Positions 26,280-36,600 of a DNA stretch of 64,000 nucleotides are shown piece after piece; the stretch's first letter is position 1, and each line of letters starts with the position of its first letter. The DNA comes from Macrostomum lignano. Lineage: Eukaryota. A program made the position numbers and the translations under genes. The stretch spans positions 277,516-341,515 of the forward strand of contig NIVC01000462.1 in assembly GCA_002269645.1 (NCBI GenBank), given 5' to 3'. Under the pieces are notes generated by a model that made no database searches, was not told the origin of the DNA, and saw only the letters and a program-made list of their open reading frames with translations.

Positions 26280-26704
26280 TCAGGTTTTGATGAACACAGC
26301 CCATCCGGGTCCGGTCAGGCTGGCTGGCGGGAAGGCGAACGGCAGCAGGCGGCAGGCGAGCAGCTGCTTGGAGAAGACGGCGCCGCTGCAGTTGGCTCTG
26401 ACGCTGCACTGGAGCAGGCAGTCCGCATCGGACTGGGCACCGGCCGGCCAGGACGAGTCCACGGTAGAGGTCACCGTGATGTCCTTCAGCACAGTGTAGG
26501 CATTGTTGTCTGCAAGTTGTGGTTCCAACAAGAAACCTTCTCAATTATCTCATTTGAAACTCCAAGAAAACAGAGCAAGGCTAACTTATTTAGATAGTGC
26601 AGAGCGAACACAGAGTTGATGGAGGAGCCACCGCAAATCTGCTCAGGGTTTCCCTTGCACTGCCTGTTGCACTTGCTTTCGCTGAGCTGTCCTTGGAGTC
26701 CGTA
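26280..26704 (-). pseudogene. WSC-PAN copy F: 5'-truncated, splice donor lost (exon-1 remnant 26590-26704, exon 2 26280-26509)
   Basis: Homology to copy L starts abruptly at YGLQGQLSESKCNRQCKGNPEQICGG. The donor reads ataagt where L has gtaagt. Exon 2 is intact (DNNAYTVLK...WAVFIKT*). Confidence 0.85.
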
Positions 26705-26705
26705 A

Positions 26706-26849
26706 TCAGAAGACCACAATATTTATACAATTCAACAGAAGAAGATTGGCCTGTCAGGTGCTGATAATAAACGATTTGTTTTTGATGACAACATTAAAAG
26801 TCTACCCTTTGGTCATCTTAGAATGCGGGAAACTATTTTTAATTTATAA
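26706..26849 (+). pseudogene. C-terminal fragment of a Maverick/Polinton protein-primed DNA polymerase B
   Basis: Manual translation SEDHNIYTIQQKKIGLSGADNKRFVFDDNIKSLPFGHLRMRETIFNL* matches the H.IYT...K..LS..D.KR.....I..LP.GH C-terminal signature of Polinton pPolB. Too short to appear in the ORF track. Confidence 0.72.
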
Positions 26850-27270
26850 TGAAAAAAGTGACAACAAATACTTTTCTGCAAGATTTAGCTAATGGGTTGG
26901 AGATTCCAAACTTCCGAGGGGTCTTCATCAGAGATGCACTTCCCAAATCACACAATACTCCTACCCAAACCATAAAAAAGAATGCGGTATCATAAACTTT
27001 GACACCTCTGATAAACCGGGTTCTCATTGGGTTTGCTGGGTGATCGATCGTGATCGCAAGCATAAATACTACTACTTCGATAGCTATGGAACAGCTCCCC
27101 CTGAAGAATTAAGAAATTACTTGAAAGGGCAGAAAATTTATCGCTCAGACTTTATCCTTCAAGAGCTTAACAGCGACATCTGTGGCCAGTGAGCTGTGCA
27201 TAACTTTTTGTATGCAATGACGAAAACCAGAAAGAGCTACAAAGAAACCGTTCTAGGGTTTAGGGTTTAG
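26849..27270 (+). pseudogene. Maverick/Polinton adenain-type (C5) cysteine protease, disrupted
   Basis: MKKVTTNTFLQDLANGLEIPNFRGVFIRDALPK, a frameshift near 26955, then KECGIINFDTSDKPGSHWV...YYFDSYGTAPPEEL...LQELNSDICGQ*. The His (HW), Asp (FDSYG), Gln and Cys catalytic motifs are present; premature TGA at 27190-27192. Confidence 0.82.
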
Positions 27271-28278
27271 GTGTCAGGTGTTGGGTTTTGGGTGTCAGGT
27301 GCTGGGTGTTGAGTGTTAGTTGTTGAGTGTTGGATGTTGGGTGTCAGGTATTGAGGGTTGTACGTTGGGTGTTGGGTGTTGGATGTTGGGTGTTGGGTGT
27401 TAGGTGTCAGGTGTCAGGTGTCAGGTGTCAGGTGTCAGGTGTCAGGTGTTGGGTGTTGTGTGTCAGATGTTGGGTGTTGGGTGTTAGTTGTTGAGTGTTG
27501 GATGTTGGGTGTTAGGTGTTGTGTGTTAGGTGTTGGGTGTTGGGTGTTGGGTGTCAGGTGTTGGGTGTTGGGTGTTGGGTGTTGAGTGATGGGTGTCAGA
27601 TGTTGGGTGTTGGGTGTTAGTTGTTGAGTGTTGGATGTTGGGTGTCAGGTGTTGAGTGTCAGGTGTCAGGTGTTTGGTGTTGGTTGTTGGGTGTTGGGTG
27701 TCAGGTGTTGGGTGTCAGGTGTCAGGTGTTGGGTGTTGGGTGATGGGTGTTGGGTGTCAGGTGTCAGGTGTCAGGTGTCAGGTTTCAGGTGTCAGGTGTT
27801 GGGTGTTGGGTGTTGGGTGTCAGATGTTGGGTGTTGGGTGTTGGGCGTCAGATGTTGGGTGTTGGGTGTCAGGTGTTGGGTGTTGGTTATTGGGTGTCAG
27901 GTGTCAGGTGTCAGGTGTTGGGTGTTGGGTGTCAGGTGTCAGGTGTCAGGTGTCAGGTGTTGGGTGTTTGTTTTTGGATGTCAGATGTTGGGTGTTGGGT
28001 GTTAGTTGTTGAGTGTTGTATGTTGTGTTAGGTGTTGGGTGTTGGCTGTTGGGTGTCAGATGTTGGGTGTTGGGTGTTGGGCGTCAGATGTTGGGTGTTG
28101 GGTGTTGGGTGTTGGATGTCAGATGTTGTGGGTGTTGGGTGTCAGATGTTGGGTGTTGGGTGTTGGGTGTCAGGTGTTGGGTGTCAGGTGTCAGGTGTCA
28201 GGTGTTGGATGTTGGGTGTTGGGTGCTGGGTGTCAGGTGTCAGATGTTAAGTGTTGGGCGTCAGATGTTGGGTTTTGG
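27262..28278. repeat. Degenerate 7-bp GT-rich array (GGGTGTT / AGGTGTC)n
   Basis: Mixed 7-mer units over about 1 kb; they explain the repetitive Gly/Val/Cys/Trp ORFs. Confidence 0.95.
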
Positions 28279-28634
28279 GTGATTATGTATAATTTTTTAC
28301 TGTCTGGTATAAACGCAAAAAATCCTCCTTAGATAAGTAGTTGTAAGTATTGTGATGGGGTGAAATAGTTTTAGGTGTTAGGGTATTATGTGTCAATAGA
28401 TTTTAGTTGATGTTGATTTAAGGGGAATTTTTTGGGAGCGGGGGGCTGGTCGCTTTTTTTGTCCCCCTTAGATGAGGGACTGTAGGTAATGCATTGTGAT
28501 TGCTAGTTTTAAATATAAGAGCATTATGTATAATAAGATTTTAGTAGATGTTTATTTAAGTGAGATTTGGCAATTTTTTTGCGCCAGCGGCCCCGCTATC
28601 ACATCGTAGTAATTGTAATTGACATCTAAGGGCA

Positions 28635-29310
28635 AAAGAACTCAAGCAGCTCAGTGTATATGCTAAGGCTTACAACAATTTTTTGGATCTATAGTTGCAT
28701 GTAGTACCGGATACGGCAGATATACGGCAGTAAAGTTTTGCAGAGCCACTGAAACTTCCATTAGTTACGATTAGCTTCGATTTGCCGCATTTGCTGCTTT
28801 CAGTCCCTGAGTCAGGTGAAACACGACTTATCCGCTTCTGCAACGAAGCAAGCACTGGCAGCAGAAGTTGTGGCAGACTTCATCCGGCACTGAATCTGCC
28901 TGAGCGGAGGCCAAGTCTGATTATTCAGCGACTTTGCTTACCTAAACGAGAGATAAAAGCGCTTAAAATGTTTGGGAAGTCGGGATCTTTGTAGCAAGAC
29001 TGGCAGACTCCATCAATCTGGATAAAAAAGGTTTTAAATTTTTGACAGAAAGAATGCACGAGGTGCGTAGAGGCTACCCAGCATTTTGGCTGTTAATGAA
29101 GTAATGGATCTGTGGAAGACTCACCCAGCATTAGGAGAGGCAGCTATCGACACAGCATTTGTACGACAATAATTCAAGTTAAAATACCGTTTAAGGCAGA
29201 AGCTTCTTTCACTATTCACAGAATAATTGTTTCTGTTGAATAAACCCAGACAAAATTCACTTTTAAAAGCAAAACTTTTGTAGGCAAAAACTTTTCATAG
29301 CTAATTTGCA
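28635..29310. repeat. About 700-bp duplicated block, copy 2 (paired with 17296-17990)
   Basis: Direct high-similarity copy of 17296-17990. Confidence 0.9.
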
Positions 29311-29398
29311 AAATTACTAGCAGTTTCTAGCAGTGTAGTAAAACGTTGTTATCGTAACCATCCATTAACTAAAAATAATGTACGTGTGAGTGCTGGGC

Positions 29399-29468
29399 GC
29401 TCAGCCACCCACGAATAGAGTCCAGTCGGGTCCGGTCAGGCCGGCTGGCGGGCATGGGAGAAAACGGC
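29399..29468 (-). pseudogene. Collapsed fragment G of a PAN exon 3' end
   Basis: Contains gagtccagtcgggtccggtcagg, identical to the family's ..LTGPDWTL.. segment, joined by an internal deletion to ggagaaaacgg (VFS). Confidence 0.7.
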
Positions 29469-30272
29469 TGGGAGAGAACGTTCGTGAATATAAAATCTGA
29501 TACGAATACACTTTAAGCGTATGTCTACTCAATCAACTACTTTTTGAATAGATTTCATCAGTTAAGACACATCGAAACATCGTAACACAGAATACGCGAT
29601 TTCTTGAAGTCTATTCGGCCATTCTTAAGAGACTTGAAAGCTCCAACTGCAGTCAAAGAGGCGCTTGCAAACCTGAAAATTATCTGGCGGCAGCAAGCTA
29701 ATGCTATTGAACTCATTTTTCTGTCCTATATTTAGGTAGCAAGAAACAAATAGGTGATTCCCTTCTAAGACCTGTGTGTTTAAACAGAGAAGCAGCAGTG
29801 TTGACCAGCCTGAGAAACTATTTGCTCTACCATTAGTCCCGGCGTTGATCGGTAGTCAACAAATAAAATATGAAAATTCGTCTTAACACATCATTAACGC
29901 AGTCCTGACTGCATGGAAACTGAGATGCATGTGCCTTGTAAGCTATCATTGAATCCCTGCTTTTTCGACCCTTTCTTCCAGACACGGTTTGCTACTGCTT
30001 TTGTGAGCCATGGTGCATGTATTCTCGAATCGGAGCGAGCATTGCAGCCAATAATTGGTGAAAAACACATCTTTCATTGCCCTTTCTCAGTGAAAAAAGA
30101 ATAAATGACTTTATTTATAGATGCCAAAAAAATTTCTCTTGATAACTTTCCCACACTTTTTATTGATTGACAAGCGGAATTGATAGGAACAGACTGCAAA
30201 GTTCAGAAGGGCCACGCAACTTCACAGTTTCAGGCTGATCATGTCAGAATGTTTTGTCAGGTGCTTTAGAAC

Positions 30273-30998
30273 TCAGCCGCGCTGGTAGAGAGTCCAGTCG
30301 GGTCCGGTCAGGCTGGCTGGCGGGTAGGCGAACGCCAGCAGGTGGCAGGCGAGCAGCCACTCGGAGAACACGGCGGCCTGGCAGTCGGCTGTGGCGCTGC
30401 ACCAGAGCAGGCAGTCCGCGTCGGACTGGGCAGCGGCCGGCCAGGACGAGGTCTTGCTGGTCTCCACGGCGAGGGTAGAATCCTTCATCATCTTGTAGAA
30501 GTTTTGGTCTGAAACAGATTGTGGTTGAGATGTGTTTGTGAGATGTGGCCCCTGTAGATGAAGGTCAATCAATCGTCGCAAGAACAAAAGCTACTCACTC
30601 GGGTAGGTCAGAGCGAACACCGAGTTTCGCCATGGAGCTCCGCAGATCTGCGATGAGTTTCCTCTGCACTGTGTGCTGCAGTCGCTTTCGTTGGCTTTGC
30701 CCTGAGATCCGAGGAAGCTTCCACAGAGACACGCTTTTCCACTCTGCACACCAAAGTAGGCGAAGCCACCAAGTGAGCACACACCGCTGCAGAGCTCGTG
30801 CGACATTTCGGTCTTGTTTATCCACTTTCTGGAGGTGATTTCGTATTCGCCAATCCTTGTGACACCGCTTAGCCCGTTCAAGTCTCTGATTGCGCTAGTG
30901 TCCACGTAGCAGCCAACATATGAGAAGCGGATGACCCTGCATGCCGCGCAGGTCAGGAGGGCGCAGATCAGAACTAGCAGTTTCGGCACCCAAAGCAT
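30273..30998 (-). CDS. Secreted WSC + PAN/apple-like protein, copy H (211 aa; exons 30599-30998 and 30273-30508)
   Basis: Signal-like MLWVPKLLVLICALLTCAAC and an 8-Cys WSC domain. Phase-1 intron gtgagt...tttcag (90 nt). Exon 2 reads QNFYKMMK...DCLLWCSATADCQAAVFSEWLLACHLL...YQRG*. Confidence 0.85.
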
Positions 30999-31364
30999 GT
31001 TCTCAGTTTCTCAACTGCAAGCTACTTAGCTGGAGCTCGCGACTTCGAGCTTTTAAAGTTGAGCATCTGTCCGCTCGTCCAATGGCGTACCAGCTTTGAT
31101 TAAACCAATCAGATGCAGTTCCTCAGCCAAGTCAAGATTTTTTTAATGTGCATAGGTGATCATTTTCGGTAAATTGTTTTTCAATCGAGTTGAACGTAAT
31201 CGTTCCCTTGTTCACCGCGAATGCAACGCTCATTATTCAGGAGAAACATGCAATGCTCTGCCGCCCAAGCTTCAAAAAACAACCGATGTTGAGCATTGAG
31301 GGCCATTTCGAGTATCCTTTTTATATTTTATACGCTCCTACGTACTGATACTTTCTAGACCCGG

Positions 31365-31485
31365 CATACCCTGCATACCCGGCACGGCACACTTGCTGTA
31401 ACTCACATCAGCAAGGTCCGCAAAGTGACTGAGTTCTTCAATGAATGAGAAAGAATTATTTTATTTTTGATTTGCATCTTGATTT
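31365..31485. repeat. About 120-bp segment duplicated at 44337-44452
   Basis: ccctgcatacccggcac..acttgctg.aactc.catcagcaaggtccgcaaagtga.tgagttcttcaatgaatgagaaag is present at both sites. Confidence 0.85.
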
Positions 31486-32780
31486 TGTGATGCCGCTGCT
31501 TTTTCTGCCCGAGATAGGACAAGGATTTCCCTGGGTGGTCGGATAGGTCTTGATATCCCACCGCTGCCACCAGTGTTATGCTGTCCTGTTTGCCTTGTGG
31601 ATCTCACCAATGTAACCAATGTAATGGCCTTGGGGATCCCCGTCTCCTTGGTGACTACTGCTGTTGCCTATTACTTTCTCTGTCTGTCCTCGCTAACTAG
31701 CACGGCCGGTAGCTGGCCTGAGTGGTCTAGCACTATGGTCCGAATTAACCCCTCTTAGTCTCTACAGAGTAAAATTAGATATTAACCGAGTATTGGTAGT
31801 TGGGTTGCTGCCACCTTGTAGGTCTACAGGTGATATCCTCGACAGGTTATCCCTAGGTAGGCCTACTGATAAGTAGAAAATAAATAAGACAAACGAGTCA
31901 GATAAACGTTTATTAATGTGAGTAACGGTCACAGGCCGATCCTAAAATATCGTTTAATAGCCCAACTGGTGTCGCAGTAAACGCCCTAAGCTGTACTGTG
32001 CGTCAGTTAACAGTGTAGGTTGTAGGCCACGAGACCGGGTCCAGACGGTGTTGAAGGTCTGGCGGGCTGATGACACAAAGACCTGCGGCAGTCTTAATGA
32101 GCAAATGGCAGCTGCAACAAAGGTTTGTTAGCAGGTTATCCCTAGGAAAAACGTCTAGCGACCTGCCTAAGCTAGTTCGTCTAGGAAAAGCGTCTAGGAA
32201 TCTAGCCTTTGCTCGAAACCAAGCAGGTGGTCTCCGAACGGGATCGTCTCTTTGGGCCTTCACCTACTCTGTATTTATACTAAAATTCGGGGTCTCAGGG
32301 CCAATGGGAAGCTCAGAGGCAGTTCCGTGGCAGATCCCATGGCAGTTCCGTGGACTACCCGGAGCCAGGAGCGATCTTGGAGATGTCCATAAGACATCTG
32401 CCTCATCATGCAGCCTCCGCATGGCCTGCTGGTACACTGCTTGCATGTTGCGGCATGCAAGGAGTGCAACCAAGACCCCACGAAAACCTACCCCGGGCGG
32501 AGAGCTATGCTCTCACTCCCGCTGACTAAATAAGCCTGTACTAAGGGAAAAATATCCCACTGACTAATGTTTCTATTTTTAGCCCATTGCAGACTGCGCC
32601 AAGGGGAGAGGGGGAGAGAGTTTCTCTCCCTGTCCCGCGACAGCTGCACTCCTGAGCCTGCACAAGGGAAGAGGAGGAAGGGACAGCCCTATGCCCAGCT
32701 CCCACTGCTGCAGCCCAAGCACTAACTGACTAAGAGGGGATCCCAGGAGCAGCCTATGCTAGCTATGCTGGATCACCACA
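31486..32780. mobile_element. Probable solo LTR (1295 bp)
   Basis: Termini TGTGATG...CACCACA (TG..CA, 6/7 inverted match) with a 4-bp TSD ATTT at 31482-31485 and 32781-32784. No retroelement coding sequence inside. Confidence 0.55.
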
Positions 32781-33342
32781 ATTTCTACTTGTATTGCAAA
32801 TAGAGCAATCATTGCTTCAAGATGCTTTTAGTTGCAATAAAAGCCTTCTTATAATTTCTGTGTTGAAGTATCTAAGAAATGAAATATAACATGTTACTTA
32901 TGGCTGCACCCAAGGACTTCTAGGTAGTCCTTGGCTGCACCCACAGATACTAAAACACTAGATGGGTCACTTAATACAAATTCGCTCGATGTCTGAATAG
33001 CCTACTCTCTTCTGGGCATATGAACGCGCAAGACTATCGATTTTTGTTCTCCCACGTCAGTGCTATGGTTTAAGCCATAGACAAAAGTTTCAAGCATCGA
33101 AATCAAGCTTACTATAGCTTTTGTCATGCTATCTCAGCCTAGGGACATCCAAACTCAGCCAGCCCCATTCCGCAATGCGTTTTAGTGGCTGAGATAGCAT
33201 GACAAATACTATAGTAGGGGTTCAGCACGTGGCTTTCCTATTCGATATCAGAGCGAAAGCAAGGAGTATATATATTTTGACTTTTCTCCTTTGCTAGAGC
33301 GCAAATTCGTTTTCATTTAAGCAAGTAAAAACAATTGTCTAA

Positions 33343-33653
33343 ATGGCTGCCGGAGGAAGAACGCATGAAGACCGAGTGCTGGCAAATATAGAAGAGTTGA
33401 AATACACAAGCGAAGATTGCTGTGCGGCGACTTGTACCAGCACTAGTACCTCTGTAAACGAAGATGGCATCCCGATTCGCATGCACCAGTTTCCGAAGAA
33501 TCAGTCCATGGCATTGAAGTGGCAATCAATGCTGGAGTTACGAGCCATTTCACTCGAGAAGCTGTGGAAAATAAAGTGGAAGGTATGCAGCTTGCATTTT
33601 ACAGACGAGGCGTACAATTGCCCAAGACTACGCCATGACCGAAGTACAAGGCT
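33343..33653 (+). pseudogene. THAP zinc-finger N-terminus of the P-like transposase (5' half, split by the LINE)
   Basis: CCAATC...MHQFPKNQSMALKW...KVCSLHF. After removing the LINE and one TSD copy it continues in frame as RSTRLRWDAVP, the THAP AVP motif. Confidence 0.85.
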
Positions 33654-36600
33654 TGACTTACTTACTTGACTTGGCTGCAGGGGGCTCCGTGCGTCCGGAA
33701 ACAGCGAGGAGGCGTTGCCGCCCATTTCGCTAACCCCTGGCGACCACGGGCAGCTAGTGCTGCGGTGTCGCGCAGGGAGTTCCGGTGGCGCCGGCGTCCG
33801 CAGCGCGGTCCCCCTCAGGAGAGTCCAGGAGGTGGATGTCGCTCGCCCGGCAGCCCTTAGGTAGCGGACGAGCTGGCAGAGATTCTCGGGCCTGGAAACG
33901 TCGGAGAGGTCCGGGTTTGGGCCGAGGTAGGTGAGCCTGTCCTGAGTAAAGGCGGGGCATTCACAGATGAAGTGCTCCGCATTCTTGACACTGGAGAGGC
34001 AGAATGGGCATTCCTCACTGCGGATTTTTCCCTGGAGAAGGTGACGATGTCTGGCAAAGCAGCCATGACCCGAGAGGGCCATGGTAACCGCCCTGATGTC
34101 CCCCTGCGGTTGAGTCCAAGCAGGGCCCTGCGTAGGGCGGAGGAGGTACAGGGGACAGCCGCACGGGATTACCGGCAGTCGGGGGCGTTAGCCCACCTCT
34201 CCTTGTGCTTAGAAGCCACCCACTGGTTGATCCGAGTGGTGACAACGGCGATGGGGGTGGGGGCCACGGGCAGGGGACCAGTAAAAGAACCGGTCGAGTC
34301 AGCCTTGGCCAGGCGATCGGCCAGCTCGTTGCCGGGGTGGCCCGAATGCCCGGGGATCCACCTTAGGGACACCTTGTTGGAGGCGCCTAAGCGGTTGAGC
34401 TGCCCGATACAGCCGAGGACTGTACGCGAGCAGGTGGTGGTGCGCTCAAGGGCGTGAATCGCCGCTTGACTGTCCGAGTGGAGGGTAACTTACTTCCCCC
34501 AGACGCGCTGATTGTACAGCTCCATGGCGCAGAAGCTGATGGCGAGAACTTCGTTCTGGAAGACGGTGGAGCAGGTGCCGGTGTGTTGGGAGAAGGTCGC
34601 CACAGTTCTCCCTCCAGACACGATGCAGTAGCCGTATCCAGAGGCGGAGTTGTTTTGGGACCCGTCAGTGAAGCAGTGGATTTCATGGGGTTTCCAGTTG
34701 TCTCTCGCTTCATGGCGTGGTGGAATGCTGGTTTTGAATTTGAGCGGGGGCAGAGCGTGGACGGGATTCCGTCCGAGAGGGTCAGCAGGCCTCTCGCTGC
34801 TTCCAGGTCTCGCAGGCTGAGGTCGCAATGCGGCCGGAGGTTCCGCTTTCTGAAGGCAAACTGCTTCTGGATTTGGACACCCGCGTCAAGCAGACGATGG
34901 GTGGTTTTCATAGCCTCCCCTCTAACAAAGAGGTCGAGGGGGGAATGTCCAAGAAGGAGTTCATGCCGGCGAAGGGCATAGATGGAGCCGCGCTCATGAT
35001 AGCTCGACAAGCGCGGCCTTGCACCCTATTTAAAACCTCAAGAACCCCTTTCACCTCTAGGGCACTGTTCCAAATGAAGCCGGCGAAGGAGATGGCCGGT
35101 CTAACAATGGCAGTGTAAATCCACCAGAGGCGGCGGGGGGTGAGGCCCCAGGTAGTACCAAAAGCTCTGCGGATCTGCGCGAGAGTCGCGAGAGCTTTGC
35201 GGGCTTTAGTTTGGACGTGCGGGGTCCAGCTCAACCTGTGGTCGAGGGTGACGCCCAGACATCTAGTTTGTTTCTCCATGGCAACGGTTTGCCGTAGAGG
35301 GAGAGCAGTTCGATCCTCCAATTTCGGCGGCTGGTGAACATGATAGCCACGGTTTTAGACTCAGAGAACCTGAGACCGCAGCTATGTGCCCAGCGCTCGG
35401 CACGGTGGATGAAGGCTTGAAGGAGGTCCCTGAGGACCGCGGGCGATGGTCCAGCCACAGTAGAGGTAACATCGTCCGCATAGCCGACCTTCTGAACAGG
35501 GTCCGGATGCGGGCTGCAAAGCAGCTCGTCCATGACTAAGTTCCAGAGGATCGGGCTGAGGACTCCACCTTGCGGTCCGCCTTTCTGGACTTCCACGGAG
35601 CGTGAGTGTCCCAGGAGGTGCGAGGTGGCAGTACGATGGGAGACCATGTACATGATACAGCGGGTGAGGTGCTCGTGCGTGCCCCGGGATTCCAGGGCTC
35701 GCTTAAAGGCTTCAAAGAGCACATTGTTAAAAGCACCATCAATGTCGAGGAAAAGCGACAGCGCGTATCCACTGCCAAGCACGGCGCGCTCCAGCTTGTC
35801 GACAATGGCGTGCAGCGCACTTTCGATGGAACGTCCAGGACGAAAGGCGTGCTGATTTGGGGAGAGCGGGGAGTTCCTCAGCTCAACGAGAAGGCGCCAG
35901 AGCACCAGCCGTTCCATCAGTTTGAAGAAGAAGGAAGTCAGACTGATAGGGCGTAAGCTTTGGCGGAGTGATAGTCTCCCTTTCCTGGCTTGGGTATGAA
36001 GACTACCGTAGCCTCTTGCCAGGCTTTTGGCACATACCCGAGGGTAATGCTGGCCTTGAAGAAGTTGCAGAGGAGGCCAAGAAACCTGTCATTTTTAACT
36101 GCCTCATGAAGAAAGGCAGGATAAATGTTGTCAGGACCCGGGGACTTGAAAGGAGAGAAGGATTTTGCGGCGCGAGCCGTCGTCTCTCTAGTAATGATGG
36201 TCGAAGCCAGGATCTGTCCGCCCGGAGAGTGGTCCGGTGGGCCTAGCTGCGGTGCGGCACGTGGGAAAGAGCTGGTGAGCATAATGTCCAGCGATTCCCC
36301 AGGGTTCTCAGCGAGCCGGCCGTCCGGTCTTTTAATAACTGAGAGCTTTGACATTTGTCGAGGGTGAGAGCCTTAACTACGCGCGAAGTAGGGCGGGTGC
36401 CTTCTAACTCCGCGCAGTATTGGCGCCATTTGTCGGACTTGGCTTTCCTGGTTTCACGCTTAAAGTCGTGGATCGCTTCTTGATAGGCGGCCAGGTCAGC
36501 TGGGTCCTTGCTCTTGCGAGCTTTCCGTTGGAGGCACTTTGCCTTGCGCCGGAGGGATCCGAGCGCCGGGTGCCACCAGGGGGCGGATTTTTTGCCTTTG

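Noticed and set aside
27254-27271. Interstitial telomere (TTTAGGG)
   Set aside because: Only about two units, merging into a non-telomeric GGGTGTT/AGGTGTC array.
27358-28332. Gly/Val/Cys/Trp-rich ORFs
   Set aside because: Translation of the GT-rich 7-mer array.
28621-28634. gacatctaagggc matches the reverse complement of a conserved 18S rRNA segment
   Set aside because: Only 13 bp; the flanks do not continue the rRNA sequence.
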